40,577 nucleotides of DNA from a virus. The stretch's first letter is position 1, and the number at the start of each line of letters is the position of its first letter. Shown here one piece after another: positions 27,082 to 35,038 of the stretch. Position numbers and translations under genes: made by a program. The notes below the pieces were generated by a model that saw only the letters and a list, made by a program, of their open reading frames with translations, was not told the origin of the DNA and searched no databases. The DNA lies in the IMG/VR virus record IMGVR_UViG_3300025164_000611; one strand, given 5' to 3'.

Positions 27082-27694
27082 TATAATCCTCCAACTTTGG
27101 ATTAGGTGAATTTACGTTATATGTTTTACCTATTAATGTGAATGTTTCAGCTATAATTTCCATTACTGATTCGTATGTTACATTGAAAAAATGTCCATCT
27201 TTATCTTTGAAATATAATCCTGGAATCTCTGTTTGAGGTTCATCACCTAATTTAAATTCAATAAAATCTTCAGGCAAGATAATAAGTTTACCTTCGCCTT
27301 CAACATTAGCTAATGTTCCAGTATATCCACTAAAGAAAACATAATCTCCAATCTTAATATCTTTTACTTCTCTACCAATGTATTTTACAATCCCCTGGTC
27401 ACATCTTTCCCCTGCATCTAAAGTATCAACCTGTTGATCTTCTCTTCGTATTTTATAACGTAATTGTATATACCCTTTATTCTCATACTGCTCAATTAAA
27501 TAATTGGCTCGTTCCTTACTTTCACATTCATCAAGTTTTCTAGATTCATCTCCGAAATGTTTACTTCCATAAACATCAAACCTTTGAACTGTTCTCTTAT
27601 AATCATAAGAGGAGGGTTTGATTATACCTCCTCGTGATATTTTTGCATCATAGATTGGGACAACTGCAACTTTATTTCTTGGTATTATTATCAT
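27071..27694 (-). CDS. groES: GroES/Cpn10-like co-chaperonin with insertion and C-terminal extension
   Basis: P.NKVAV.P......SRGGII.P ... GIVKYIG.....IKIGDYVFFSGYTGT....EG...IIL.EDFI. Confidence 0.75.
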   Translation of the reverse strand: MIIIPRNKVAVVPIYDAKISRGGIIKPSSYDYKRTVQRFDVYGSKHFGDESRKLDECESKERANYLIEQYENKGYIQLRYKIRREDQQVDTLDAGERCDQGIVKYIGREVKDIKIGDYVFFSGYTGTLANVEGEGKLIILPEDFIEFKLGDEPQTEIPGLYFKDKDGHFFNVTYESVMEIIAETFTLIGKTYNVNSPNPKLEDYNVR

Positions 27695-27971
27695 GATTGG
27701 GCACCATTGGAATTGTTACTATTGAGTTCTCGATTGATATTCTTACAATTGTATATGTTTTTTGTATATCTTCTGGTGTTACTTTCAAGACTAGAAATTC
27801 TGGATTCTCCATTGCGCCAACTAGATTTCCAAGAATATAAGTAGTTATACGATGTAGAACAATAGTATTTAAAATAGCAGATGGATGTAATCCGTATTTA
27901 GCAGCTTTATTTAGGTAATTCTTTTCTTCATCACTTAATTTTATATCATGTAGAGTTGGTAAATCATCCAT
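27672..27971 (-). CDS. Hypothetical protein
   Basis: ORF track; coupled to neighbours. Confidence 0.5.
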   Translation of the reverse strand: MDDLPTLHDIKLSDEEKNYLNKAAKYGLHPSAILNTIVLHRITTYILGNLVGAMENPEFLVLKVTPEDIQKTYTIVRISIENSIVTIPMVPNHDNNTKK

Positions 27972-28305
27972 TTCTCACCAATTTTTCTTCATCCAGTTTG
28001 TGATCTCCACACCAATCATATGGAAATACAGCGGGAAATCCACCTAATGTTGGAGCATGTCTACGACATCTACCAATTTCTATATTAGAATGAGATTCTT
28101 TAGGTACGTAGAACATACAGGATGAGCAGAGCATATTGGTAGAACGATGTTTCCAAGGATCTTTCTTAATTGGTTCTCTAAAAGTTGTATTCTCTGATTG
28201 TGGTTCGTCTCGTGAATTGAACAAGGGTTCTCTTTTACTCATTCTAATTCCTCCGATTATATTTTCATTAGGATCAGTTAGTGGGTACTTGTATGTTTCT
28301 TTCAT
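27964..28305 (-). CDS. Cys-rich small phage protein
   Basis: CSSC...GRCRRHAP...P.V...DWCGDH. Confidence 0.6.
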   Translation of the reverse strand: MKETYKYPLTDPNENIIGGIRMSKREPLFNSRDEPQSENTTFREPIKKDPWKHRSTNMLCSSCMFYVPKESHSNIEIGRCRRHAPTLGGFPAVFPYDWCGDHKLDEEKLVRNG

Positions 28306-28475
28306 AATTTTTCTCTAATAAACTTATCTATTTCCTCTCTAAAATATGTCATTCTCCTGTACAATGTTTTTGGATGAACTTTTAATATATCTGCTACAGT
28401 TAATATAAGAGCTATTTTTTCGCTTCCAATGGTTCCTAAATATTCTTTTACAAATTCTTCATCTCCAGTTGTCAT
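28302..28475 (-). CDS. 57-aa helix-turn-helix protein not in the ORF track
   Basis: TVADILKVHPKTLYRRM HTH signature; ATGA overlaps at both ends. Confidence 0.65.
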   Translation of the reverse strand: MTTGDEEFVKEYLGTIGSEKIALILTVADILKVHPKTLYRRMTYFREEIDKFIREKL

Positions 28476-28687
28476 TTTCCCTCACATGCAATAGATGCAT
28501 TAGCTGTCATTACTGCCTCTCTAATCTTTCTAATGGCATCTGTTTGATCTGCACTTGGTGGAGTATTATACAATAAAATCTCAGCAAATCTCTTGGCTGC
28601 TCTTCTAATATTGTTATATTTATCTACCTGATCTTCTGCTGGTGAATGATACATAAACCAATTATCTAGTTGTTCTTGGTTTATCAT
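28472..28687 (-). CDS. Acb2/Tad1-like helical hairpin protein (candidate signalling-nucleotide sponge)
   Basis: LDNWFMYHSP...Q..KY..IR..AK.FA..+....P.S.D...AI.K+.EAVM.ANASIA; GGAG RBS before ATG 28687. Confidence 0.65.
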   Translation of the reverse strand: MINQEQLDNWFMYHSPAEDQVDKYNNIRRAAKRFAEILLYNTPPSADQTDAIRKIREAVMTANASIACEGK

Positions 28688-28700
28688 TTTGTTCTTCTCC

Positions 28701-28803
28701 AAAAAAAGAGGAGCCGGGGAGGCTTCTGCGTCATGTTCGGTGTTATCCGTGTTCATCTGGGGAAGATGAACCACCAATGACACTTATTCCTTCCCCGGCA
28801 CTC
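28701..28803 (-). ncRNA. GC-rich multi-stem structure ending in a U7 tract (terminator/attenuator or ncRNA)
   Basis: GCCGGGGAAGG/CCTCCCCGGC outer stem; GTGTCAT/ATGACGC; GTTCATCT-TCCCC-AGATGAAC; CGG-ATAACA-CCG; then TCCTC and T7. Confidence 0.55.
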
Positions 28804-28810
28804 AGTTAGA

Positions 28811-29344
28811 TTATGAAACTGGAACCGGCCTTACCACATCCCACTTCTGTTGTTCTTTCTCATTCTTGTCTTTCACTACGCTAAGAGAAGCAATAATCTC
28901 TCTACTGGTAAGAGCCCTCCATGCTTCTCCACATTCTCCAGTATCAGGATCGAAACTCCAATCTAATGCCGGATCATCTGGGTTTTGTTCTCTCAATTCT
29001 GCAATCTTCTTATTGAACTCATCTTCTTCTCTCAGGGAGAAACCAAAACCTGCGAGAATGAATCCTTTGGAATAGTTACGAGAATCTTGAGTATGATAGT
29101 ACAACCGATTATAAACCTTTTTTGCTTTATATTCTACAGGAGAAGAAGAACCAGCATCATCAACAGGCCCTTCCACAACAGTACAAAGAAAGCCAATACC
29201 ATAATTCTCCTGTCCAGCATTAGCGCCTTCCTTTGTCTCTCCCTTGAAAGCTTTTGGCTCTCCAATAGAAAGACGATAATCACCCTTTGGGAGGACTGGA
29301 AATCCAGCGGTATCTTTGGTGGGATCAGCAGTATACCTAGCCAT
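28811..29344 (-). CDS. Single-stranded DNA-binding protein (DUF669-like OB fold)
   Basis: GFPVLPKGDY.L.I; position next to Sak4. Confidence 0.6.
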   Translation of the reverse strand: MARYTADPTKDTAGFPVLPKGDYRLSIGEPKAFKGETKEGANAGQENYGIGFLCTVVEGPVDDAGSSSPVEYKAKKVYNRLYYHTQDSRNYSKGFILAGFGFSLREEDEFNKKIAELREQNPDDPALDWSFDPDTGECGEAWRALTSREIIASLSVVKDKNEKEQQKWDVVRPVPVS

Positions 29345-29345
29345 T

Positions 29346-30269
29346 TTAAGTCTCCTCTACTTGAGATTTGAAGGATGGGTGGAGCTTGTTCTCAGTCCTT
29401 CGCTGATATAATTGCTCATATGACTTATTAACTTCAAAGTGAGCAAATACACCAGCCCTTCTAGTTTTAGTTAACTCAAGTCCACCTCCTCCTGTTTTAA
29501 TTTGTGAATAGCTTCCTCGTTTGTCATCATATTTTGCAGAGATATACCATACCTCATCAAAGTGCTTAGGTATCTCATCTGGGAAAGTCTGCCCACTAAA
29601 ACCGGGTCTAACTGATTTAAGTGGTCTTTCATCCATCTTCTTTACAGCTTTTCCATATGTTTGTCTTTCGTGGGCAGTCAATAAGAAATTGATTCCTTCA
29701 GCTCTAAAGATAGGAATATACTGTTGACAGAACCAATCAATCATTGACATTTCACGGAAAACGTCATCAGGTTCTTGTTGAATAAATCTATTTAATTGTC
29801 TCCGTGATGTTCCACTCAAGCCTCTTTGGTCATCAAAGATTTCTACCGCTCTTAACTTTGCAAATGAGCGTAAAGCTGTAGCATCATCAATAATAATAGT
29901 TCTAACAAAGTCTCTTAAATCAGCATCTTCAAGAAACATATCAATAGTATCAGTTACTTTATCAAATCCAATAGCTTTCTTAATTGTTCCTTGGTCAAAT
30001 GTTTCATAAATATTAACTAATTTCCTTTTGATATTAGGATATTTAATCTTAAACAATGGTGATCTCAATGTATCAATTCCACCACCTGTATTTAAGTATA
30101 GACTTCTGTCAGCCGTCCCTGCCAACCATGTCTTACCTGATCCACTCGCGCCATAAAGTAGAGTAATCCAACCACTTCTTGGATTAAATGAGTCATCAAA
30201 ATCCTCAAACTCGATTTCATATCTCGGTTTGATTGGAATGCTAGCAGGTTTAGCTAATTTCTCAAACAT
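29346..30269 (-). CDS. Sak4/AAA_24-like ssDNA-annealing ATPase
   Basis: LLYGASGSGKT Walker A; TIIIDDAT Walker B; LLTAHE; IPKHFDEVW. Confidence 0.75.
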   Translation of the reverse strand: MFEKLAKPASIPIKPRYEIEFEDFDDSFNPRSGWITLLYGASGSGKTWLAGTADRSLYLNTGGGIDTLRSPLFKIKYPNIKRKLVNIYETFDQGTIKKAIGFDKVTDTIDMFLEDADLRDFVRTIIIDDATALRSFAKLRAVEIFDDQRGLSGTSRRQLNRFIQQEPDDVFREMSMIDWFCQQYIPIFRAEGINFLLTAHERQTYGKAVKKMDERPLKSVRPGFSGQTFPDEIPKHFDEVWYISAKYDDKRGSYSQIKTGGGGLELTKTRRAGVFAHFEVNKSYEQLYQRRTENKLHPSFKSQVEET

Positions 30270-30485
30270 TTACTCAACCTCATCAATTTCATCATCATCA
30301 GCTTGAACATTCAACCATAATCTCATGTTACCATCCCAATTTAATGGAACAGAATTAATGATAACATCAATATGGCCCTTCTCAGTCTCATATCCCTTTC
30401 CTATTTGAATATTGAGATACTTCTTATCTCCTGTATCAGAGAGCTTCTTCCTAAAAGTTACGTTGAATCTCTTTAACATTGACAT
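30270..30485 (-). CDS. Small beta protein (paralogue of 39573..39758)
   Basis: VTFRK, IGK and P+.WDG motifs. Confidence 0.6.
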   Translation of the reverse strand: MSMLKRFNVTFRKKLSDTGDKKYLNIQIGKGYETEKGHIDVIINSVPLNWDGNMRLWLNVQADDDEIDEVE

Positions 30486-30694
30486 TATAGCTCCTCGATG
30501 TTAATTGGTCGCCCCATGACATTCACAACTAAAACTTCTCCACTTTTATCATCCCATATTTCTATTCTCTTGTTGTATTTTAAATATACATAACAAGTGT
30601 AGTTAATACTCCCGAGAGTATGTTTCAATACAAAACCTTTTGATTCTATGTACCTTTTTGTGTCCTCAAGTTCCCAATTTATTTTACTCATCAT
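30485..30694 (-). CDS. Hypothetical protein
   Basis: ORF track; coupled to neighbours. Confidence 0.5.
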   Translation of the reverse strand: MMSKINWELEDTKRYIESKGFVLKHTLGSINYTCYVYLKYNKRIEIWDDKSGEVLVVNVMGRPINIEEL

Positions 30695-31925
30695 CCATCC
30701 TAGATGGGTCTCTCAATTTCTTTTGGAATTTATTTTCTAGCGTATAAACCATAGATGCCTCAGAACCCTTTCTACATACAATATTGTATTCACACCACGC
30801 ACATTGAGTCTCAGTTTGAGGCCATACATCTTTCTCTCTACATAATTCTAGAATATTATTCCATTGTACTTGTTCCTCCTCCCATTGTTCAAGCTCATAA
30901 TCAGTTACCTCAATAATTTCCTCATAAATATCTGGACCCTTTGGACCCTGTTTTGTGCTTTTTCCATTAAATAGAGCTTGAATTAGAATCCCTCTAACAT
31001 TTCTATTTGATAGTCTAGATGTTCCAAAGGTATATGTTCTAACCTGATTATTTGGATTTAATTGATTCTTAAACCATTCTTGAGGTTTTCCAGTAGTCTT
31101 GAAGTCTCTACCCCATAGTTCATCTTTTATCTCAACAACTTCATCTGTTCTTCCTTGTACATATCTACCATCTTTGATTTGAACATTGAAATATTGTTCG
31201 ATAGTTATAACTTTTACTCTCCCTAACTTTCTCTCACTTACCCAGTGCTCAAATGCTTTTACAAGTGAAGAATAAAATCTTTCAGTTGTATACCAATCAT
31301 ACTTAGTACCTACCTTCTGATCCTCTCCATGTTTATGCCAGTAAGCTGTAGCTTCTCTAGCCGCTTGTTTATGTGCATCTTTAGCTTTTTCCTCATCGTA
31401 CACTTTAGGTTCATTTTCACCGTAGCCATATAATTCAGACAATTTTTCTCTATATATGTGGTAAGCAGTACCCCAGGGTAGGAATATAACATTATGTTCA
31501 TTGGTAATTAAATTAAGAATCTCTCGATAAAAATACTTTCTAAGACACTGTTTTGCAATAATTATTCCAGAATGATCTTTGTGCTTCAATTCGTGTCGAG
31601 GGAATTGTTTCATAAAGCGGGGGTTGTGATCTTCATATTCTACATTCTTTAAACCACTTACATCCTTTGGAGCCCCAGAAGTTTTCTTTAATCTATCAAA
31701 TACATTGGCTTGTTTATTTAGCATCTCTTGTACTTTTTCTCTTATTTCTATATTTTCTTCTTTTCTTTCTTTCTCTATTATTTTTCCTCTTGCTTCTTCA
31801 ACAATAGGAATCTCTGAAGTCTTTTCCATATATCTAGTTATGATATTAGGAACAGCTACAACCTCATCTTTTATTTCTGATTTTTTATCATTAATACGAT
31901 ATTTAGAAAAGATTGAGTCAGCCAT
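30684..31925 (-). CDS. PD-(D/E)XK RecB/Cas4-like exonuclease
   Basis: CLRKYFY; GRTD...GRDFKTT; C-terminal CAWCEYNIVC (Fe-S-type Cys pattern). Confidence 0.8.
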   Translation of the reverse strand: MADSIFSKYRINDKKSEIKDEVVAVPNIITRYMEKTSEIPIVEEARGKIIEKERKEENIEIREKVQEMLNKQANVFDRLKKTSGAPKDVSGLKNVEYEDHNPRFMKQFPRHELKHKDHSGIIIAKQCLRKYFYREILNLITNEHNVIFLPWGTAYHIYREKLSELYGYGENEPKVYDEEKAKDAHKQAAREATAYWHKHGEDQKVGTKYDWYTTERFYSSLVKAFEHWVSERKLGRVKVITIEQYFNVQIKDGRYVQGRTDEVVEIKDELWGRDFKTTGKPQEWFKNQLNPNNQVRTYTFGTSRLSNRNVRGILIQALFNGKSTKQGPKGPDIYEEIIEVTDYELEQWEEEQVQWNNILELCREKDVWPQTETQCAWCEYNIVCRKGSEASMVYTLENKFQKKLRDPSRMDDE

Positions 31926-32367
31926 TTAGTTGTAAACCCCTTGTAGTTAGTTTGTATGTATAGTCATTCTGTATACACCATACTGACAGTATCTCATCAT
32001 CACTATCTGATAATTCTCTAATATCAGGGAAAATCATATTTTTCAATTTGAGACCAATAGCACATCCTATTACTTCAATTACATCATTTGTGTCTCTTAT
32101 GATTGTTCCATTCACTATTGCATGTGATTTTAGTTTCGCTGTTACTGTATCTAGTGTTACCCCTATTTTGTATTTACTTCCTAAAACTGCATACTTTTTA
32201 TATTCAGGCTTATTACTTTTAACTGCATACTTAATAGCTTGCCATATATTGTAAGCTAATTTTTTAGGTTTCGCAACTGACCATTCTAGATCAATATCAC
32301 ATTCTACCATCTCATCTAATAGAATCTCTACCTTCTCTATCGTTTTTGGTGTTCGACTATATGCCAT
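31918..32367 (-). CDS. Hypothetical protein
   Basis: ORF track; overlapping starts and stops. Confidence 0.55.
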   Translation of the reverse strand: MAYSRTPKTIEKVEILLDEMVECDIDLEWSVAKPKKLAYNIWQAIKYAVKSNKPEYKKYAVLGSKYKIGVTLDTVTAKLKSHAIVNGTIIRDTNDVIEVIGCAIGLKLKNMIFPDIRELSDSDDEILSVWCIQNDYTYKLTTRGLQLNG

Positions 32368-32602
32368 AGTTCTTATATTGTTGGTATCTTTCTATGGCAA
32401 ATTCAATTGTTTCATTTCTATCTTTTTCTAATGATGCAATAGCGGCTGTATAAAATATCTTCATTTTCTCGTCTTTCATGAAGAAGGATTCTATTTCTAA
32501 CTGATGAACAGCATCTTGAAGATTAGATGCACGTCTAAATAGATCCCATGATTCTTTGTAGAGTTTTCTTTTTGGGTCTGGAATATCGAAATCTACGTTC
32601 AT
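32357..32602 (-). CDS. Hypothetical protein
   Basis: ORF track; ATGA coupling. Confidence 0.5.
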   Translation of the reverse strand: MNVDFDIPDPKRKLYKESWDLFRRASNLQDAVHQLEIESFFMKDEKMKIFYTAAIASLEKDRNETIEFAIERYQQYKNYGI

Positions 32603-33018
32603 TTTTCAAAAACACTTTTGAACATAAGACTATATGGATCTCTAATATCATGACTGCTTAAAATTTCTACTACTATATCTTGTAATTCAATAATCCATTC
32701 TATTGGAATTGGAAGCTTTGCATCTCTATATCTAATACAAGCATGATATACATCTCTATATCTTTCTATTTTAATTTTTTCCTCCCAAATTTTCTTAGGT
32801 ATTACTCCAAGAGGAGGTTTCTTTTCTGTTCTCATATGTTTTATAGCATCTAGATTTATTTCTGATGGGAAGATTGAAACTTTTTCTTCCATATTTCTAT
32901 CTCCTTCTAAGACTTCTGAATCTCGAAGAATATTCAAAAGTAACTCATTAGAACTTTCAGCCCAACTAAGATTAACTAGTTCTCTTTGAAATTTACTATA
33001 ATCAATAATCATTTTCAT
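32599..33018 (-). CDS. Hypothetical protein
   Basis: GGAG RBS; PPLG++P+.IWEE ... IP.EWI.E pattern common in small phage proteins. Confidence 0.55.
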   Translation of the reverse strand: MKMIIDYSKFQRELVNLSWAESSNELLLNILRDSEVLEGDRNMEEKVSIFPSEINLDAIKHMRTEKKPPLGVIPKKIWEEKIKIERYRDVYHACIRYRDAKLPIPIEWIIELQDIVVEILSSHDIRDPYSLMFKSVFEK

Positions 33019-33037
33019 GTTAGTCTCCTAAGTTTTA

Positions 33038-33229
33038 CTATTTCTTTTCCTCCATAAATATTTTAATCAAAGATATTTCATCTCCAATTGCATAGTATGC
33101 TACATGATTTTTCTTCTTATGCCCAGTTTCTCTCTTATGATCCAACCACTCTCCCATATTCCTAAATACTACTGAACATTCACACTTAACTGTGTGTTTT
33201 ACTTTGATTATATCATCAAAAATTATCAT
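33038..33229 (-). CDS. C2H2-type zinc finger protein
   Basis: CECSVVFRNMGEWLDHKRETGH. Confidence 0.55.
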   Translation of the reverse strand: MIIFDDIIKVKHTVKCECSVVFRNMGEWLDHKRETGHKKKNHVAYYAIGDEISLIKIFMEEKK

Positions 33230-33546
33230 TTTTTTTCCAATTCATCAATGAATTTATTATGTGAAACTACAATAGCAGCAGATTTAAAACTATAAATTAC
33301 ATCAATAATCCATTGCATAAAATCGATTACATCATATAACTCATCAGTAGATAGATCATTTAATTGTTTATGTGATACATTAAGAGCACTAAGAGAATTA
33401 GATTTAAGTATATTTAAAATACCACTTTTTCTCAATACCTCTGAGTTTTCTACCATTGCAATTAATGCTAATCTACCCTCTACTAGAAATTCTTTATTTG
33501 TCATGATTAATCCTCTATTTGAATATTCCTGTCTCTGGGATCTCAT
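33226..33546 (-). CDS. Hypothetical protein
   Basis: ORF track; ATGA coupling. Confidence 0.5.
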   Translation of the reverse strand: MRSQRQEYSNRGLIMTNKEFLVEGRLALIAMVENSEVLRKSGILNILKSNSLSALNVSHKQLNDLSTDELYDVIDFMQWIIDVIYSFKSAAIVVSHNKFIDELEKK

Positions 33547-33793
33547 CCCTAAAGTAATGGGCTTGATAGATTTTCATTGTTAACAATTCTACAATTTTCT
33601 TATCTAACCAATCATATACCAAAACTTGAGAAGCTAAGAACTCAATAGAGAAACAAACAAGATCCCAGTTTGTGATGTTATTATTAGTATCTTTTATTAA
33701 GTTTAATATATATCCCGCTCTAATTTCTGGCGAGGGTGTTTCTCCATCTCTTTCTTCCATTCTTGATTCAACTGACTTATTATCCTCGCCCAT
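33515..33793 (-). CDS. Hypothetical protein
   Basis: ORF track; AGGA RBS. Confidence 0.5.
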   Translation of the reverse strand: MGEDNKSVESRMEERDGETPSPEIRAGYILNLIKDTNNNITNWDLVCFSIEFLASQVLVYDWLDKKIVELLTMKIYQAHYFRDEIPETGIFK

Positions 33794-33942
33794 TTTTCCT
33801 GCTCATCCCTATCTCCAAGACGTATGTGTCCGATTGTATCTTCTTTTAATTCTTCATCTATCTGGGATATGATACCGATTGTAGTACCATATCTAGGCAT
33901 GAATTCTATTTTATATTGCATTTCTTTGCTATTGTTATCCAA
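33703..33942 (-). CDS. Hypothetical protein (start uncertain)
   Basis: ORF track; overlaps both neighbours. Confidence 0.35.
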   Translation of the reverse strand: MDNNSKEMQYKIEFMPRYGTTIGIISQIDEELKEDTIGHIRLGDRDEQEKWARIISQLNQEWKKEMEKHPRQKLERDIY

Positions 33943-34055
33943 TAATTTATTTTCTTTCTAAGAATTGGAGCACACATTGTAATCTTTCCATTCTCAACCA
34001 CAAATCCTGCACAAAGATATGATGTTGTTACTTGATATAATCCATCAGATAGCAA
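33906..34055 (-). CDS. 49-aa small phage protein not in the ORF track (TTG start)
   Basis: MLSDGLYQVTTSYLCAGFVVENGKITMCAPILERKINYWITIAKKCNIK; GAGG RBS. Confidence 0.5.
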   Translation of the reverse strand: MLSDGLYQVTTSYLCAGFVVENGKITMCAPILRKKINYWITIAKKCNIK

Positions 34056-34413
34056 CTTGATTCCTCTTGTGTTTTTGTCTCTTATACTCTAGAAATGCAA
34101 TAACTATACCTTCAGGACCACTACCAACCCTAACACCTACATTTGTTTTAATTGTTCTGCTATTAGTAATATTAGATAAATTATCAATAATTTCTGAGAT
34201 AGGAGTTTTCTTCTCAAGCAACATATTGACGAGAATATCAACAGCTTGTGCCCAAGCAGCTAAAGCTGATCCGGCTTTTCCGAATGTAGATATAACTTTA
34301 ATTGGGATATTTTCTTCAGATTCACAGATAGTATAATACAACACCCCATCTGGAGTATTTACCTCAATGGTCATACTTGGTAATTCTTCTCTATTTTTCA
34401 TACCCTTCTCCAA
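34045..34413 (-). CDS. Stand-alone TSCPD-like domain (class II ribonucleotide reductase C-terminal domain)
   Basis: T.EV.TPDG.LY.TI ... FGKAGS...AW.QA+ ... SGPEGI; no RNR catalytic subunit in the window. Confidence 0.65.
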   Translation of the reverse strand: MEKGMKNREELPSMTIEVNTPDGVLYYTICESEENIPIKVISTFGKAGSALAAWAQAVDILVNMLLEKKTPISEIIDNLSNITNSRTIKTNVGVRVGSGPEGIVIAFLEYKRQKHKRNQVAI

Positions 34414-34650
34414 CTACTCCTCTAATTCATTCTCGATAAAAACTGCATTTGGTAATGGAATTATTGTTGTATCTTGATTAAAGGAAACAGATTGTCCATT
34501 TTCTATGCTAACAGCATTAAATGCATAATTAGAGCTTGTTCTTAATTTTATATAAATATTACCATGAATAGATTTAAATGCTGATCCCGGCTTAACCCCA
34601 AAGAATGTTGGGTCTGGTCCTTTTACACTTTTAGCTCTTTTGATATTCAT
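34414..34650 (-). CDS. Small beta protein (paralogue of 35953..36195)
   Basis: F..+K....F....YIK...NAV....G...SFN..T.I pattern; GGAGG RBS. Confidence 0.55.
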   Translation of the reverse strand: MNIKRAKSVKGPDPTFFGVKPGSAFKSIHGNIYIKLRTSSNYAFNAVSIENGQSVSFNQDTTIIPLPNAVFIENELEE

Positions 34651-34674
34651 TATTCCCTCCTTAAGATTCCAACA

Positions 34675-34727
34675 TTCCCACGGCAGGAATTGAACCTGCT
34701 ATTAATAGTCTCCAGCTATCGTGGGAA
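34675..34727 (-). ncRNA. 53-nt tRNA-like element lacking the anticodon arm
   Basis: TTCCCACG / ATAG-CTGGAGA-CTAT / TAATA / GCAGG-TTCAATT-CCTGC / CGTGGGAA. Confidence 0.6.
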
Positions 34728-34740
34728 ACTATTTTACCTT

Positions 34741-34992
34741 TTATTTCTCCTCATCTTCCTCTTTCTCATCATCATCACCCCAAAATCCTGCAACTTCATC
34801 TTCTTCTTCCTCCTCATCTTCTTTTCCAATTTGATCAATAGGAATAACCATAGCAACTAACTCGTCACTCGGACTGAACCCTAATAGATTTAACTCACTC
34901 TTAAATTTACTTACTACCACATCTTCATCATCACTAATACTATCAACAATAAATTCGACGAAGGAATCAACGAACTCATCACTTTTTGTCAT
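34741..34992 (-). CDS. Highly acidic small protein (DNA-mimic candidate)
   Basis: 31 of 83 residues are D/E, with 6 K and no R; first gene after the strong promoter. Confidence 0.6.
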   Translation of the reverse strand: MTKSDEFVDSFVEFIVDSISDDEDVVVSKFKSELNLLGFSPSDELVAMVIPIDQIGKEDEEEEEDEVAGFWGDDDEKEEDEEK

Positions 34993-35038
34993 CTTTTCCT
35001 CTTTTTGGTTTTAGGGTGCCCCCCCGGTGACAGGGTAC

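Noticed and set aside
28688-28783. Longer start (28783) for the Acb2/Tad1-like ORF
   Set aside because: The extension runs through the structured RNA and U-tract. ATG 28687 has a GGAG RBS and gives a family-typical length.
30684-31925. CRISPR adaptation Cas4
   Set aside because: No cas1/cas2 or array. The Sak4/SSB context indicates a recombination exonuclease.
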